The notes beneath the pieces were generated by a model. It saw only the letters and a list, made by a program, of their open reading frames with translations. It did no database searches and was not told the origin of the DNA. Positions 18,119 to 27,875 of a DNA stretch of 64,000 bases are shown one piece after another (position 1 is the first letter of the stretch; each line of letters begins with the position of its first letter). The position numbers and the translations under genes were made by a program. Origin of the DNA: a candidate division WOR-1 bacterium RIFCSPHIGHO2_01_FULL_53_15 (GTDB taxonomy: Bacteria > Margulisbacteria > WOR-1 > O2-12-FULL-45-9 > XYB2-FULL-48-7); contig METM01000021.1 of NCBI GenBank assembly GCA_001772335.1, positions 57,130-121,129 on the forward strand, written 5' to 3'.

Positions 18119-19033
18119 ATGCGTAAATATTTATTCAGGCGGCTGCTGCAGCTGGTCCCGCTTTTGATCGGCATCTCGCTCATCTCTTTCTTTGTCATGC
18201 ATCTGGCGCCGGGCGACCCGACGGCGCTCTTCATCGATCCCAACGTCAAGCCGGAGGAACTGGCGCGCGTGCGGGCGAACTGGGGGCTCGACCAGCCGAT
18301 CTATGTCCAGTATTTCCTCTGGTTGAAGAATGCTTGTCTTCTTGATTTTGGCCGGAGCTACACCACCGGCCAGCCGGTGATCAATGAAATCGGCCAGCGC
18401 CTGCCCGTCACGCTTCTCCTCATGGCGCCGTCATTTCTTTTGACACTCTTGATCACGATCCCGTTAGGCGTCATCTCCGCCGTCAGAAAGGGGAGCTGGT
18501 TCGACAACGCCGTCACTTTTCTTTCTTTTGCCGGCATGGCTATTCCCACATTCTGGCTGGGATTGATGCTGATGCTCCTATTCTCCGTCAAACTCCACTG
18601 GTTCCCGGCGGTCGGCAACATTATTTTGCCTCTGATCACGATGACGATCGGCAGCTTGGCCGGCCTGACGCGCTATCAGCGTGCTTCAATGCTTGAGGTC
18701 CTTAACCAGGATTTTATCCGGACTGCCCGGGCCAAGGGGTTGCCCGAACGGGTCGTCATCTTCAAGCACGCACTGCGTAACGCGCTCATCCCGACCGTCA
18801 CGATCCTTGGCCTGACGCTCCCCGACCTCTTCGGCGGCGCGTTCATCATTGAGACGATCTTTGCCTGGCCCGGGATGGGGCGGTTGGGGGTCCAGTCGAT
18901 CTTCCAGCGCGACTATCCCATTATCATGGGGATCGTCATGATCTCCGCGCTTTTGATCATAATCGGGAATTTGCTGGCCGATATAGGCTATGCTTTAGTG
19001 GATCCAAGGATAAGATATGAGAAGAGTAAATAG
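18119..19033 (+). CDS. ABC transporter permease (OppB/DppB type)
   Basis: 304 aa with multiple TM segments and the EAA-loop region FIRTARAKGLPERVVIFKHALRNA. Confidence 0.85.
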   Translation: MRKYLFRRLLQLVPLLIGISLISFFVMHLAPGDPTALFIDPNVKPEELARVRANWGLDQPIYVQYFLWLKNACLLDFGRSYTTGQPVINEIGQRLPVTLLLMAPSFLLTLLITIPLGVISAVRKGSWFDNAVTFLSFAGMAIPTFWLGLMLMLLFSVKLHWFPAVGNIILPLITMTIGSLAGLTRYQRASMLEVLNQDFIRTARAKGLPERVVIFKHALRNALIPTVTILGLTLPDLFGGAFIIETIFAWPGMGRLGVQSIFQRDYPIIMGIVMISALLIIIGNLLADIGYALVDPRIRYEKSK

Positions 19034-19820
19034 GCAGGCGTTATTTGGCGCCGCTTTGCTCGGTTTCTTTGTCATTCTTGCGATTATTGCTCCGCTTATC
19101 GCTCCCTACAATCCAGATGAAATCGTGGAATCGCAGACGCTTGCCCCGTCATTGAGCCATCTTTTCGGCACGGATGACCTGGGGCGCGATCTCTTCAGCC
19201 GCGCGCTCCACGGGGCGCGGATCTCGCTCACCGTCGGCTTCGTAGCCGTGCTCATTTCGGTCCTCATCGGCACGCTTTTCGGCGCAGTTTCCGGTTATTA
19301 CGGCGGCTTCCTGGATTCGGTCATCATGCGCTTCGTTGATGTTATGCTGGCTTTCCCTTCAATCTTTCTCATCCTTGCCATTCAATCTATGCTCACGCCC
19401 AATATATATAATGTAATGGCGGTGATCGGGCTGACCTCCTGGATGGGGGTGGCCCGCCTGGTGAGGGGGGAGTTCCTGCGCATCCGCGAGCTCCAGTATG
19501 TCGAGGCGGCGCGCGCCATCGGCTGTTCCGATCCGCGCATCATCTTCCGCCATATTCTGCCCAACGCGCAGTCGCCGATCATCGTGGCGGCTACTCTGGG
19601 CATGGCGGGCGCGATCCTGACCGAATCAGCCCTCTCATTTTTGGGGCTCGGCGTCCAGCCGCCGATGGCCTCCTGGGGCAATATGCTGATGGATTCGCAG
19701 GCCTATCTCTTTGACGCCCCCTGGATGTCGATCATTCCGGGCCTGCTCATACTGCTGACGGTGCTGTCGCTCTATTTTGTCGGTGAAGGGCTGAGGGAAA
19801 AACTTAATGTTAGAGGTTAG
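19017..19820 (+). CDS. ABC transporter permease (OppC/DppC type)
   Basis: 267 aa. Contains HLFGTDDLGRDLFSR at the N-terminus and the EAA loop YVEAARAIGCSDPRIIFRHILPNA. Confidence 0.85.
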   Translation: MRRVNRQALFGAALLGFFVILAIIAPLIAPYNPDEIVESQTLAPSLSHLFGTDDLGRDLFSRALHGARISLTVGFVAVLISVLIGTLFGAVSGYYGGFLDSVIMRFVDVMLAFPSIFLILAIQSMLTPNIYNVMAVIGLTSWMGVARLVRGEFLRIRELQYVEAARAIGCSDPRIIFRHILPNAQSPIIVAATLGMAGAILTESALSFLGLGVQPPMASWGNMLMDSQAYLFDAPWMSIIPGLLILLTVLSLYFVGEGLREKLNVRG

Positions 19821-20583
19821 AAACCTATCGGTCGTTTACCCTGATGTCACCGCTGTTGAGGGGGTGGGTTTGACGGTTGCGTCGGGGGAATCGTTAGGCG
19901 TTGTAGGGGAATCGGGATCCGGAAAGTCAACTCTCGCGCTCGCGATCATGCGCTTGATTCAGCCGCCCGGTAGGGTCGTCTCCGGCGAGGTCATTTTTGA
20001 CGGCCGCGATCTCCTGAAACTCCCGGAGCCGGAGATGGTCAAAGTCCGCGGCGCCCGCATCTCGATGATCTTCCAGGACCCGTTCACTTCGCTCAACCCG
20101 GTCTTTACGGTCGGGGAACAGATCGCCGAAACGATCCGCCTGCATCAGGGAATGAATAGAGTCGATGCCTGGGCGGGGGCGGTCAGGATGCTTGAGACGG
20201 TACATATAAAAGAAGCCGCCAAACGGGCGCATGATTATCCTCATCAATTCTCCGGCGGAATGCGCCAGCGGGTGATGATCGCCATGGCGCTTGCCTGCCG
20301 GCCGGAGATCCTGATCGCCGATGAGCCGACGACCGCGCTTGACGCGACGATCCAGGCGGAAGTGGTGCGCCTCCTGCGCGAAGTCCAGGCCGAATTTAAT
20401 TTGGGCATCATTTATATCACGCACAGCTTTGACATCATCAAAGCCCTCTGCCGGCGCGTGATCGTCATCAATAAGGGGAGAGTCGTGGAAGCGGGCGAAA
20501 CGGAAAAGATCTTGAGCGAGCCGGCGCAGAATTACACAAAGAAACTGATCAACAGTTTGAGGGAGCTGCATGCCGCTCATTGA
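19807..20583 (+). CDS. ABC transporter ATP-binding protein (OppD/DppD type)
   Basis: Walker [10 protein letters not shown], signature FSGGMRQR and Walker [13 protein letters not shown]. Confidence 0.9.
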   Translation: MLEVRNLSVVYPDVTAVEGVGLTVASGESLGVVGESGSGKSTLALAIMRLIQPPGRVVSGEVIFDGRDLLKLPEPEMVKVRGARISMIFQDPFTSLNPVFTVGEQIAETIRLHQGMNRVDAWAGAVRMLETVHIKEAAKRAHDYPHQFSGGMRQRVMIAMALACRPEILIADEPTTALDATIQAEVVRLLREVQAEFNLGIIYITHSFDIIKALCRRVIVINKGRVVEAGETEKILSEPAQNYTKKLINSLRELHAAH

Positions 20584-21271
20584 AATAAAAGATCTGAAGA
20601 AATATTTTGGCGCCGTTAAAGCGGTTGATGGGGTGAGTTTGTCGGTCGCGTCGGGAGAAACGTTGGGCGTCGTGGGCGAGTCAGGGTCCGGGAAATCCAC
20701 GCTCGCCCGCCTGATCCTCAAGCTGATCGAGCCGACCTCCGGTTCAATTGATTATGACGGCATCACCGATATCCGCCGGCAGTGCCAGATCGTCTTCCAG
20801 GACCCGCAGACGTCGCTTAACCCGAGGATAAGGATAGGCGAAGCGATTGCCGAACCGATGCTGATACACAAAATCGAAAATAGGGTTGGGGAGCTTTTGG
20901 AAATGGTCAAGCTTCCGGCCGGCTACGCAAAGCGATACCCCCACGAACTCTCGGGCGGGGAGAGGCAGAGGGTGGGGATCGCGCGGGCCTTAGCGCTTAA
21001 TCCTCAATTCTTAATTCTTGACGAGCCGGTCTCGGCGCTGGATGTCACGGTGCAGGTCGAAATCCTCAAACTGCTCAAGCAGATCAAGGCCGAGCTTGGC
21101 CTGACCTACCTCTTCATCGCGCATGACCTGACGGTGATCGGCTACATGTGCGACCGGATCGCAGTGATGAGGGAAGGGAGAATAATTGAGCTTGGCTCAA
21201 AAAAAGAAATTATGTCAGCCCCCAGAGAGGCCTTTACGCGCCAGCTCATAGAATCATCTTTCATAATTTAG
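20570..21271 (+). CDS. ABC transporter ATP-binding protein (OppF/DppF type)
   Basis: Walker [10 protein letters not shown], signature LSGGERQR and Walker B FLILDEPVSALD. Confidence 0.9.
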   Translation: MPLIEIKDLKKYFGAVKAVDGVSLSVASGETLGVVGESGSGKSTLARLILKLIEPTSGSIDYDGITDIRRQCQIVFQDPQTSLNPRIRIGEAIAEPMLIHKIENRVGELLEMVKLPAGYAKRYPHELSGGERQRVGIARALALNPQFLILDEPVSALDVTVQVEILKLLKQIKAELGLTYLFIAHDLTVIGYMCDRIAVMREGRIIELGSKKEIMSAPREAFTRQLIESSFII

Positions 21272-21366
21272 TGTTTTCTTTGTGTCTTTGCGGCGAATTC
21301 CTTTTTAACCGCCGCTTCGAGAGACAGCCCGCGAGTTTCCCCAAACCCCCTATTTCAAAAATAGAG

Positions 21367-21394
21367 TGAAATTTTTTCAAACAGCTTCCGATAA
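21367..21394 (+). promoter_or_regulatory. promoter-like motif copy 1: TGAAAT-N16-CGATAA
   Basis: tgaaat tttttcaaacagcttc cgataa, 74 nt upstream of the OFOR operon ATG (21468). It shares an extended GAGTGAAATTTTT..GATA.GAAA pattern with copy 2. Confidence 0.45.
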
Positions 21395-21467
21395 GAAACT
21401 TGGAAGACGAAACTCAAATATTAAAAGACTCGGCGAAGTCTTATTCTTGAGAAAGGGGAAAAAATTC

Positions 21468-22688
21468 ATGAGAACTGGGGCCGCGCCGAAAATAGATCTA
21501 AGAATTGTCTCTCCAGTGCATCAGGCACTTCGGACTGGCGTCATCACTCAGGGCAGAAGATTAATCCTCTCCGGCAATGATGCGATCGTCAGAGGGGCGA
21601 TAGATGTCGGCGCGAGAGGTTATTTCGGCTATCCAATAACACCTTCAACCGAAATCGAGGAAGGCGCGGCGCGGTACTTGCTCGGCATGGGCGGTGTTTT
21701 CCTGCAAACGGAAGATGAGATCGCTGCCATTGGGGCAGCGATCGGCGCTTCGCTTGCCGGCTTGAAAGTGTTTACCGCGAGTTCCGGCCCGGGTATCTCT
21801 CTCAAACAAGAGCTTATTGGTTTTGCCGCTATCACCGAAGTTCCACTCGTGATCATTAACGTCCAAAGAGCGGGACCGTCAACGGGCGGACCGACCGATG
21901 TGGGTCAATCAGATGTCATGCAGGCGCGCTGGGGAACCCACGGCGATCATCCCATTATTGTGATCGCGCCTAATTCACCGCAAGAATGCTACGAAGAGAC
22001 TATCCGCGCCTTCAATCTCTCCGAAAGATATCGCATGCCGGTGATCATTCTCTCTGATGCCAAAGTCGGCCAGATGAAAGAACCAGCGATCCTCCCTCCT
22101 TTGGCAAGTATTCCGATCGTCAATCGACGTAAACCCGTCGGTTCTCCGCGCGACTATGAACCTTTCGGGCTGACGGAAGACGGCGTCCCGCCGCTGGCGG
22201 GCTTCGGCGATGGTTTTCGGGCGCATTTTACCGGCCTGTATCATGGGCGAAATGGCTTGCCGACCAAGGATCCAGCGATGGTTGACGAGCAGTTGCGCCG
22301 TATCCATGCCAAGTTAGAAACTGCCGAAGCTAAGGCGGATATCTTAAAAACTGAAGAATTTGTCACTGATGACGCTGATGTGGTCGTGGTCGCGTTCGGC
22401 ATTACCTCGCGCGCCGCTAAAGATGCGGTAATTCTGGCCAGGCAAGCGGGTATCAGAGCCGGCCTTTTACGGCCGATAACGCTCTGGCCTTCGGATGAAG
22501 TGACTATTCTCCGGGTGCTTGGCCGGGCGAAGAAAGTCATCGTCCCGGAACTTAATCTCGGCCAATACGGGCTGGAGATCGATCGATTGGCCGGTCATTT
22601 ATCGCCAAAACCGCAAGTAGTGGGAATCAACAAAGTGGACACAGCGTTGATCTCACCGGCAGATATATTGAGGGAGATAAAGATATGA
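21468..22688 (+). CDS. 2-oxoacid:ferredoxin oxidoreductase, alpha subunit
   Basis: ATG 21468 follows GAAAGGGG. Contains GNDAIVRGAIDVGARGYFGYPITPSTEI and a Kor/Por alpha-type core. The ORF-track GTG at 21366 would put the promoter-like motif inside the gene. Confidence 0.85.
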   Translation: MRTGAAPKIDLRIVSPVHQALRTGVITQGRRLILSGNDAIVRGAIDVGARGYFGYPITPSTEIEEGAARYLLGMGGVFLQTEDEIAAIGAAIGASLAGLKVFTASSGPGISLKQELIGFAAITEVPLVIINVQRAGPSTGGPTDVGQSDVMQARWGTHGDHPIIVIAPNSPQECYEETIRAFNLSERYRMPVIILSDAKVGQMKEPAILPPLASIPIVNRRKPVGSPRDYEPFGLTEDGVPPLAGFGDGFRAHFTGLYHGRNGLPTKDPAMVDEQLRRIHAKLETAEAKADILKTEEFVTDDADVVVVAFGITSRAAKDAVILARQAGIRAGLLRPITLWPSDEVTILRVLGRAKKVIVPELNLGQYGLEIDRLAGHLSPKPQVVGINKVDTALISPADILREIKI

Positions 22689-24181
22689 GGATCAGAATTG
22701 GTCCATTTATGCGGCCAGCCATGAAAAAAAGCATCTGGTGCGAAGGGTGCGGGTTAGGGAACATGTCAAGTATTATCACCAGCGCATTAGTCAGCACCGT
22801 TTCCAAACGCTTGGAAGTTGATCCTAATACCAGAGAAGGGTTAGAACGAATCAAGAACAATATCGCTTTTGTCAGCGGCATTGGCTGTACATCGCGCATG
22901 CCCGGTCAATTGGATTTTAATACTTTGCACACCGCCCATGGCCGCTCGCTGGCCTTTGCCACCGGGATAAAGCTGGCGCGGCCGGAGCTGACCGTCGCGT
23001 TGGCGGCCGGCGACGGAGATATTTTTGCGATCGGCGGCAACCATTTTATTCACACTGCCCGCCGCAACATCGACATGACTCTGATCGTTTATAATAACAA
23101 ATCGTACGGCATGACCGGGGCCCAGCATTCGCCCACTTCTCCGCTGGGGGAGATAGGGACTTCCGCTCCCTACGGCGTGTTTGAGCCGCCCTTCAATGTG
23201 GTCAATTTGGCATTGGGGGCGGGCGCGACTTTTGTCGCCCAGGGAGCGCTGACAACTTCGCAGGAGCATCTGGATCAAGCCGAAGCTTTGATCGTCGCCG
23301 CCCTGGGACACAAGGGCTTTTCCCTGGTCAACCTGATCGGGACCTGCCACACCGGCTGGGGAGCCCGTAACCGCCGCGCCGAAGCTTTTCGCTATCGCAG
23401 GTATCTTGAAGAAAAAGTTATGAAGTTAGAAAGCTGGAAAGCGTTGCCGCCTGACGAACAGGGGAAATATTTTCCGCTCGGGATCATTCACCAGGATGAC
23501 AGCCGGCCGGATTTTCAGAGCAGCAAGCCATATCTTGACGCGATCGAAAGAGCCAAAAAGGCCGTTGCCGGCACACAGGAGCTGTTGGAAGATATTACCC
23601 TTGTGGAACAAGATCCGCTGGCGGTCTATCCCCGCACCAGCGTGCGTTTTGCCGGTTCGGGCGGGCAGGGCGTGCTCACCGCCGGAGAAACGGACCTCTA
23701 CGCGGCTTTCCTTTCGGGGAAAAGCGGGGTTTTTATTAAAAACTATGGGCCGGAGGCGAGGGGTGGCGGGGCTTATTCTCAAGTGACGATCAGCGATGGC
23801 GAGATCCATTTTCCGCAGGCGGAAAATCTGGAGGTCCTTGTTGCCCTGACCCAGGAAGCTTATGACAAATATCGCGGTGAGGTCTCTGCGCAAGGCAAAA
23901 TAATTGTGAACTCAACCGCGGTCAAAGAATTTTACGGCGACGCGAGGGTGATCGCTTCTCCCATCGGCGACCTGCTGGCCCGTGAAGTCCGCCCGCCGAA
24001 GAAAGAGCAGGGGATAAATGTTCTTGCTTTGGCTCTGACGATGGGGCTTTTCAACCTGGCTCCCAGGGGATCGGTTGAAACGGCGGTCAAGAAATATTTC
24101 AGCGATAAAAATCTTAAGATGAATCTTAGGGCTCTGGATGTCGGCTATAAAGAGGCGGAGCGTCAGAGGGGGTTAATCTAA
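22685..24181 (+). CDS. 2-oxoacid:ferredoxin oxidoreductase, beta subunit fused to a gamma domain
   Basis: The N-terminal half has WCEGCGLG and the TPP motif GDGDIFAIGGNHFIHTARRNIDMTLIVYNNKSYGMTGAQ. The C-terminal half has the gamma-type VRFAGSGGQGVLTAG...YGPEARGGGAYSQVTIS. Confidence 0.85.
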   Translation: MRIRIGPFMRPAMKKSIWCEGCGLGNMSSIITSALVSTVSKRLEVDPNTREGLERIKNNIAFVSGIGCTSRMPGQLDFNTLHTAHGRSLAFATGIKLARPELTVALAAGDGDIFAIGGNHFIHTARRNIDMTLIVYNNKSYGMTGAQHSPTSPLGEIGTSAPYGVFEPPFNVVNLALGAGATFVAQGALTTSQEHLDQAEALIVAALGHKGFSLVNLIGTCHTGWGARNRRAEAFRYRRYLEEKVMKLESWKALPPDEQGKYFPLGIIHQDDSRPDFQSSKPYLDAIERAKKAVAGTQELLEDITLVEQDPLAVYPRTSVRFAGSGGQGVLTAGETDLYAAFLSGKSGVFIKNYGPEARGGGAYSQVTISDGEIHFPQAENLEVLVALTQEAYDKYRGEVSAQGKIIVNSTAVKEFYGDARVIASPIGDLLAREVRPPKKEQGINVLALALTMGLFNLAPRGSVETAVKKYFSDKNLKMNLRALDVGYKEAERQRGLI

Positions 24182-25608
24182 TGTCTGTCCAGAATTTGTC
24201 ACGATCGGTAATTGCCCGGGGCCGTCTGTTGCAGCCATCCGAAGCGTTAGTTGGGAGATTGCACAACCTGGTCAAGCTGGCGCAAAACAGCGGTTTTCGG
24301 GTTGATGGCCTTCACCTGGCCAAGGCCTTTCTGAATGAGGTTACTCTGGCGCGGATGGAACAGCTGGTCTTCAATCCCAGGGCGCTGGAGATCTTTAGAG
24401 CCCGGGCCGGCCGGATCGAGTTCATTGTTGAAGGGCCAGTGCCGGCAGAGCTTTTGCGCGAATCGCCGCTCAAACAAGAAGCGATCTTTCGCCAGGCCGT
24501 TGCTTACGATCTTTGCAAGTCCTGCAGTCTGTGCATCAATGTTTGTCCAAAGGATGTTTATGTTGACGACAGGTTTGGGAAGCCGGACAAGGATCAGCGC
24601 CGGGATGAGGAGTGCACGGGAACGAATCAATGCGGCAAGTGCGTTGATGTCTGCCCGGAAAACGCCATTGAAATTACCCTGGCCGACCCCGCCTTTGCTT
24701 CAACCCTGTTTTTACTCCTGGATAATCCCTTTGCCACTGCGCTCTTGGAAGCGGAAGCCGGCGGAGATTTCTATCTGGCTAATCCGCTGGAAACCGGTAG
24801 ACCGCTGAATATCCGAGGGGAAGTCAGTCCCAATGATCTTCTCTTGAGCAATCGAGTCCTGGATGAATCGAATTTTCACCCGGTTTTTGAAATCAATGGC
24901 GCCCACCGGCATTTCGTTGATTCGCCGCGGCCGGCGGAAGACCTAAAAACCTGGGCGCGGGAAAATCATCGTGAGCCGGAATTAGTTTTGGCCGCGATCA
25001 AAGCGCTTTATGCGCATCTGCCGCGCCTCTCCGGCTTAAAAGAGGGGAAATACGCGCTGGGTGAAATGCTCCACCGGATCGCTGATGAGATCATCCTGGC
25101 GGAAGTTGACCTGGCGGCCGATGCCGGTCTCGAGCTACTGAAAAAGATCATTGATGAGAGTTATGTGGCCGAGGCCTTCTTTGGCGCCAAGCGCCGCCCG
25201 ATTGGCGGGCTGCTCCCGCCGGGAACGTCGCCCGCCTGGAAAACCCCTTACGGGAATATGGTCCCGGCTTATGTCCATGCGGAAAAGTGTCTTGGCCCCG
25301 AATGCGCGCTCTGTGTGACCAATTGTCCGGAGGGCAGCGGGGGAGAAACCGCCGCCATCAGAATGGTGCCCCAGGTGCCGCTCGGCACCATTCCTTCACT
25401 GGTGAGAGGGCTGGAAGTTTTTGTCTTGAAATTAGACGGCTCTCATTCCCGGCCGGAAGAAATGGAGAATTTGACCGGTCAGACACCCTTTAAATTTGCC
25501 GTGAATCCCGACTATTGTAAATCATGCGGCACCTGCCTGACCTGCTGTCCGCACGGAGTGATCGAGCCAACAGTGAGGCAGTTTAATTTAGGGGGGACGC
25601 AACAATGA
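24181..25608 (+). CDS. 475-aa iron-sulfur protein with two 2x[4Fe-4S] ferredoxin-like modules (oversized delta-like subunit)
   Basis: Cys motifs CKSCSLCINVCP, CTGTNQCGKCVDVCP, CLGPECALCVTNCP and CKSCGTCLTCCP. The start and stop overlap the flanking OFOR genes. Confidence 0.7.
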   Translation: MSVQNLSRSVIARGRLLQPSEALVGRLHNLVKLAQNSGFRVDGLHLAKAFLNEVTLARMEQLVFNPRALEIFRARAGRIEFIVEGPVPAELLRESPLKQEAIFRQAVAYDLCKSCSLCINVCPKDVYVDDRFGKPDKDQRRDEECTGTNQCGKCVDVCPENAIEITLADPAFASTLFLLLDNPFATALLEAEAGGDFYLANPLETGRPLNIRGEVSPNDLLLSNRVLDESNFHPVFEINGAHRHFVDSPRPAEDLKTWARENHREPELVLAAIKALYAHLPRLSGLKEGKYALGEMLHRIADEIILAEVDLAADAGLELLKKIIDESYVAEAFFGAKRRPIGGLLPPGTSPAWKTPYGNMVPAYVHAEKCLGPECALCVTNCPEGSGGETAAIRMVPQVPLGTIPSLVRGLEVFVLKLDGSHSRPEEMENLTGQTPFKFAVNPDYCKSCGTCLTCCPHGVIEPTVRQFNLGGTQQ

Positions 25609-27875
25609 GCGCTAGAACATTATCTTTGGGAGGTCATCCATTGATCTTGACCGGACGTTCGGGCGACCCGCTTCTCCTGGCGCGGCAAATTCAGCGGGCC
25701 AGTCATGGTCGAGTCGCGGTAACTGCCCAAGGAATACGTCTGGGCGACCTAAACGCAGAAAGATTCAGGGGTTTGGGGATGGATGCCGCGCGGGTGGAGG
25801 GGGTCCTTTCCCAGGTCATTGAGGTTTCATTGAGGCCGGGGGACTACCCGATTGAAACTTTGTTGGATTTGACCAGTCGGGGCTTGGTGATCAGGGATGC
25901 TTTGAATGAACTTTATCGGACCCATCTGCCTTTCATTGTTCAAGATATTGTTCCCGGAATCGAAGCCCGCCAGTTAAAAGTCTTGCTTGAGGGCGGCGCG
26001 GGGTCGGGCGTGGTTTCGGCGGTGCAGGATATAGTAACCGCGTTTTGCAGCGCCGGCTATTATGGCCGCGCCTTCCCGCTGTTCGATCCTTCCAAGAAGG
26101 GCGCGCCGGTCGAGGGCTACGGGATCGTCAGCCGGGAGCCGATCTTAAGCCACGCTCCATTTGAGACGCCGGACATGGTCCTGCTTTTTGACCCTAAACT
26201 CTTTCCGCGCCTGCGGAACCAACTCGGCCGCTATGCCAACGCTGATCCGCGGGGGATGGTCATCCTGGTCAATACGCCGATGACACCGGAGGAATTTCGG
26301 GCGGCGGCCGGCTTTGACGATCCTTTTCTGCTTCATACGCTCAGTGCCGCGGCGATCCTGAAAGGCAAGCGTATCCCGCCCAACTATGCCATGATCGGCG
26401 GCATGCTCGGGATATTAGGGAGAGAGGCGGTCGATCCCGCGGCCTTTGCCGAAGTTGTGCGTGTTTCGTTGACGGAGAAGTTCGGCGGTGGAGAAAATGT
26501 TGAGGCCAATCTCCGAGCCCTAGAAGAAGCGCAGGGCCGGATCATGGGAGAAAGTCCTCATCCTTACGCCCGCGGGTTAAGCGCTCTGGGTAAGGTTTCC
26601 GCTCCGGCGGTGCCCGAGGGGCAGGTAATATTATGCGAGGACGGCAACCGCGCGATCGCGCGGGCGATCGCGATGGTGCTGAATTTATTTCCCTCGGTGG
26701 TGGCCGCTTATCCTATCACGCCCCAGACCCAGATCGTCGAATGGCTCGCCAAGATGATCGCCGATGGAATATTATCGGCCGAAGGGGTAACGCCGGAATC
26801 GGAGCATGGGGCGGGCGCCGCGGTCATGGGGGCGGCTCGCGATCGGGTGCTGGCTTTTACCGCCACCAGCTCGCAAGGTTTAGCGCTGATGTCGGAAAAT
26901 CTTCATTCCTTAGCTGGTATGCGGATGGGTAACGTAGTGCTTTCTAACGTGGTCCGTTCGCTCAATTCGCCGCTGGATGTGGAAAACGATCACGGCGACC
27001 TCTATAAGGTTTTGCTGGATGCGGGCTTCATTATAATGATGAGCCGGGATGTCCAGCAGGCGGCGGATTTCCATCTGATGTCTTACCTGATCGGCATGTA
27101 CGCTGAATATCGGAAAAAAAATGGCCAGCTGGAAATGATCCCGGACAAATCGGTCATGCTGCCCACGGTCGTCGCTTCGGAAGGTTTTGAGGTCAGCCAC
27201 GCTCCGGAGCGCTATGTCGCGTTGACCGATGCGGTGGTAAAACGGTTTTACGATGATTCTTTCTTCAGTTACGTGAAAACATTTGTTGACACGCCCAATC
27301 TTAGCATTACCGGAGCGCTCCAGTTGAGCAACTCCCGCCAGGATACCGATTACCAGCGGCACCTGGCCATGCAGGTAGCTTACCGTGTATTAAAGGAAAT
27401 ATTCGCCAGGTTCGAGCGATACACGGGCAGAAAATACGATTTTATCAGTTCCTACAACGTGCAGGAATCGGATGTTGTTTTTGTGGTCGCGGGCGCCGCC
27501 AACGGGACATTCGAAGAAGTGGCCCGGGAATTCAAGCGGCATGGGATAAACGTCGGCGTAGCGCACCCCAATGTCATTCGGCCTTTTCCTGCCGAGGAAT
27601 GGGCACAGCTCCTGAAGGGAAAAAAGGTCATAGTTTACGACCGCGATGACGCCTATGGCGCCGTCGGCGGTCGGCTTTACACCGAACTGGCGGGCGTGGT
27701 CAATGAACATAAATTAGCGGAGACCGGCACCGACCTCTTTTCCCGGATCTATGGTCTGGGCGGGAGAACGCCGTCGCTTCCCTTTGTTCGAGATGAGATG
27801 CATCAGGCGCTGGCATCACTGGACGGCACCCGGGAGCTCTCAAGATCAAAACAATATAGCGGGGTGAAAATCTAA
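25605..27875 (+). CDS. OFOR gamma-alpha fusion subunit
   Basis: 756 aa. A gamma-like segment (LLEGGAGSGVVSAV...KKGAPVEGYGIVS) is followed by a PorA-like core (GNRAIARAIAMV..VVAAYPITPQTQIVEWL...ESEHGAGAAVMGAA...TATSSQGLALM). Confidence 0.75.
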   Translation: MSARTLSLGGHPLILTGRSGDPLLLARQIQRASHGRVAVTAQGIRLGDLNAERFRGLGMDAARVEGVLSQVIEVSLRPGDYPIETLLDLTSRGLVIRDALNELYRTHLPFIVQDIVPGIEARQLKVLLEGGAGSGVVSAVQDIVTAFCSAGYYGRAFPLFDPSKKGAPVEGYGIVSREPILSHAPFETPDMVLLFDPKLFPRLRNQLGRYANADPRGMVILVNTPMTPEEFRAAAGFDDPFLLHTLSAAAILKGKRIPPNYAMIGGMLGILGREAVDPAAFAEVVRVSLTEKFGGGENVEANLRALEEAQGRIMGESPHPYARGLSALGKVSAPAVPEGQVILCEDGNRAIARAIAMVLNLFPSVVAAYPITPQTQIVEWLAKMIADGILSAEGVTPESEHGAGAAVMGAARDRVLAFTATSSQGLALMSENLHSLAGMRMGNVVLSNVVRSLNSPLDVENDHGDLYKVLLDAGFIIMMSRDVQQAADFHLMSYLIGMYAEYRKKNGQLEMIPDKSVMLPTVVASEGFEVSHAPERYVALTDAVVKRFYDDSFFSYVKTFVDTPNLSITGALQLSNSRQDTDYQRHLAMQVAYRVLKEIFARFERYTGRKYDFISSYNVQESDVVFVVAGAANGTFEEVAREFKRHGINVGVAHPNVIRPFPAEEWAQLLKGKKVIVYDRDDAYGAVGGRLYTELAGVVNEHKLAETGTDLFSRIYGLGGRTPSLPFVRDEMHQALASLDGTRELSRSKQYSGVKI

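Noticed and set aside
19927-20721. 264-aa ORF antisense to the two ABC ATPase genes.
   Set aside because: It is a shadow ORF spanning two well-supported plus-strand genes.
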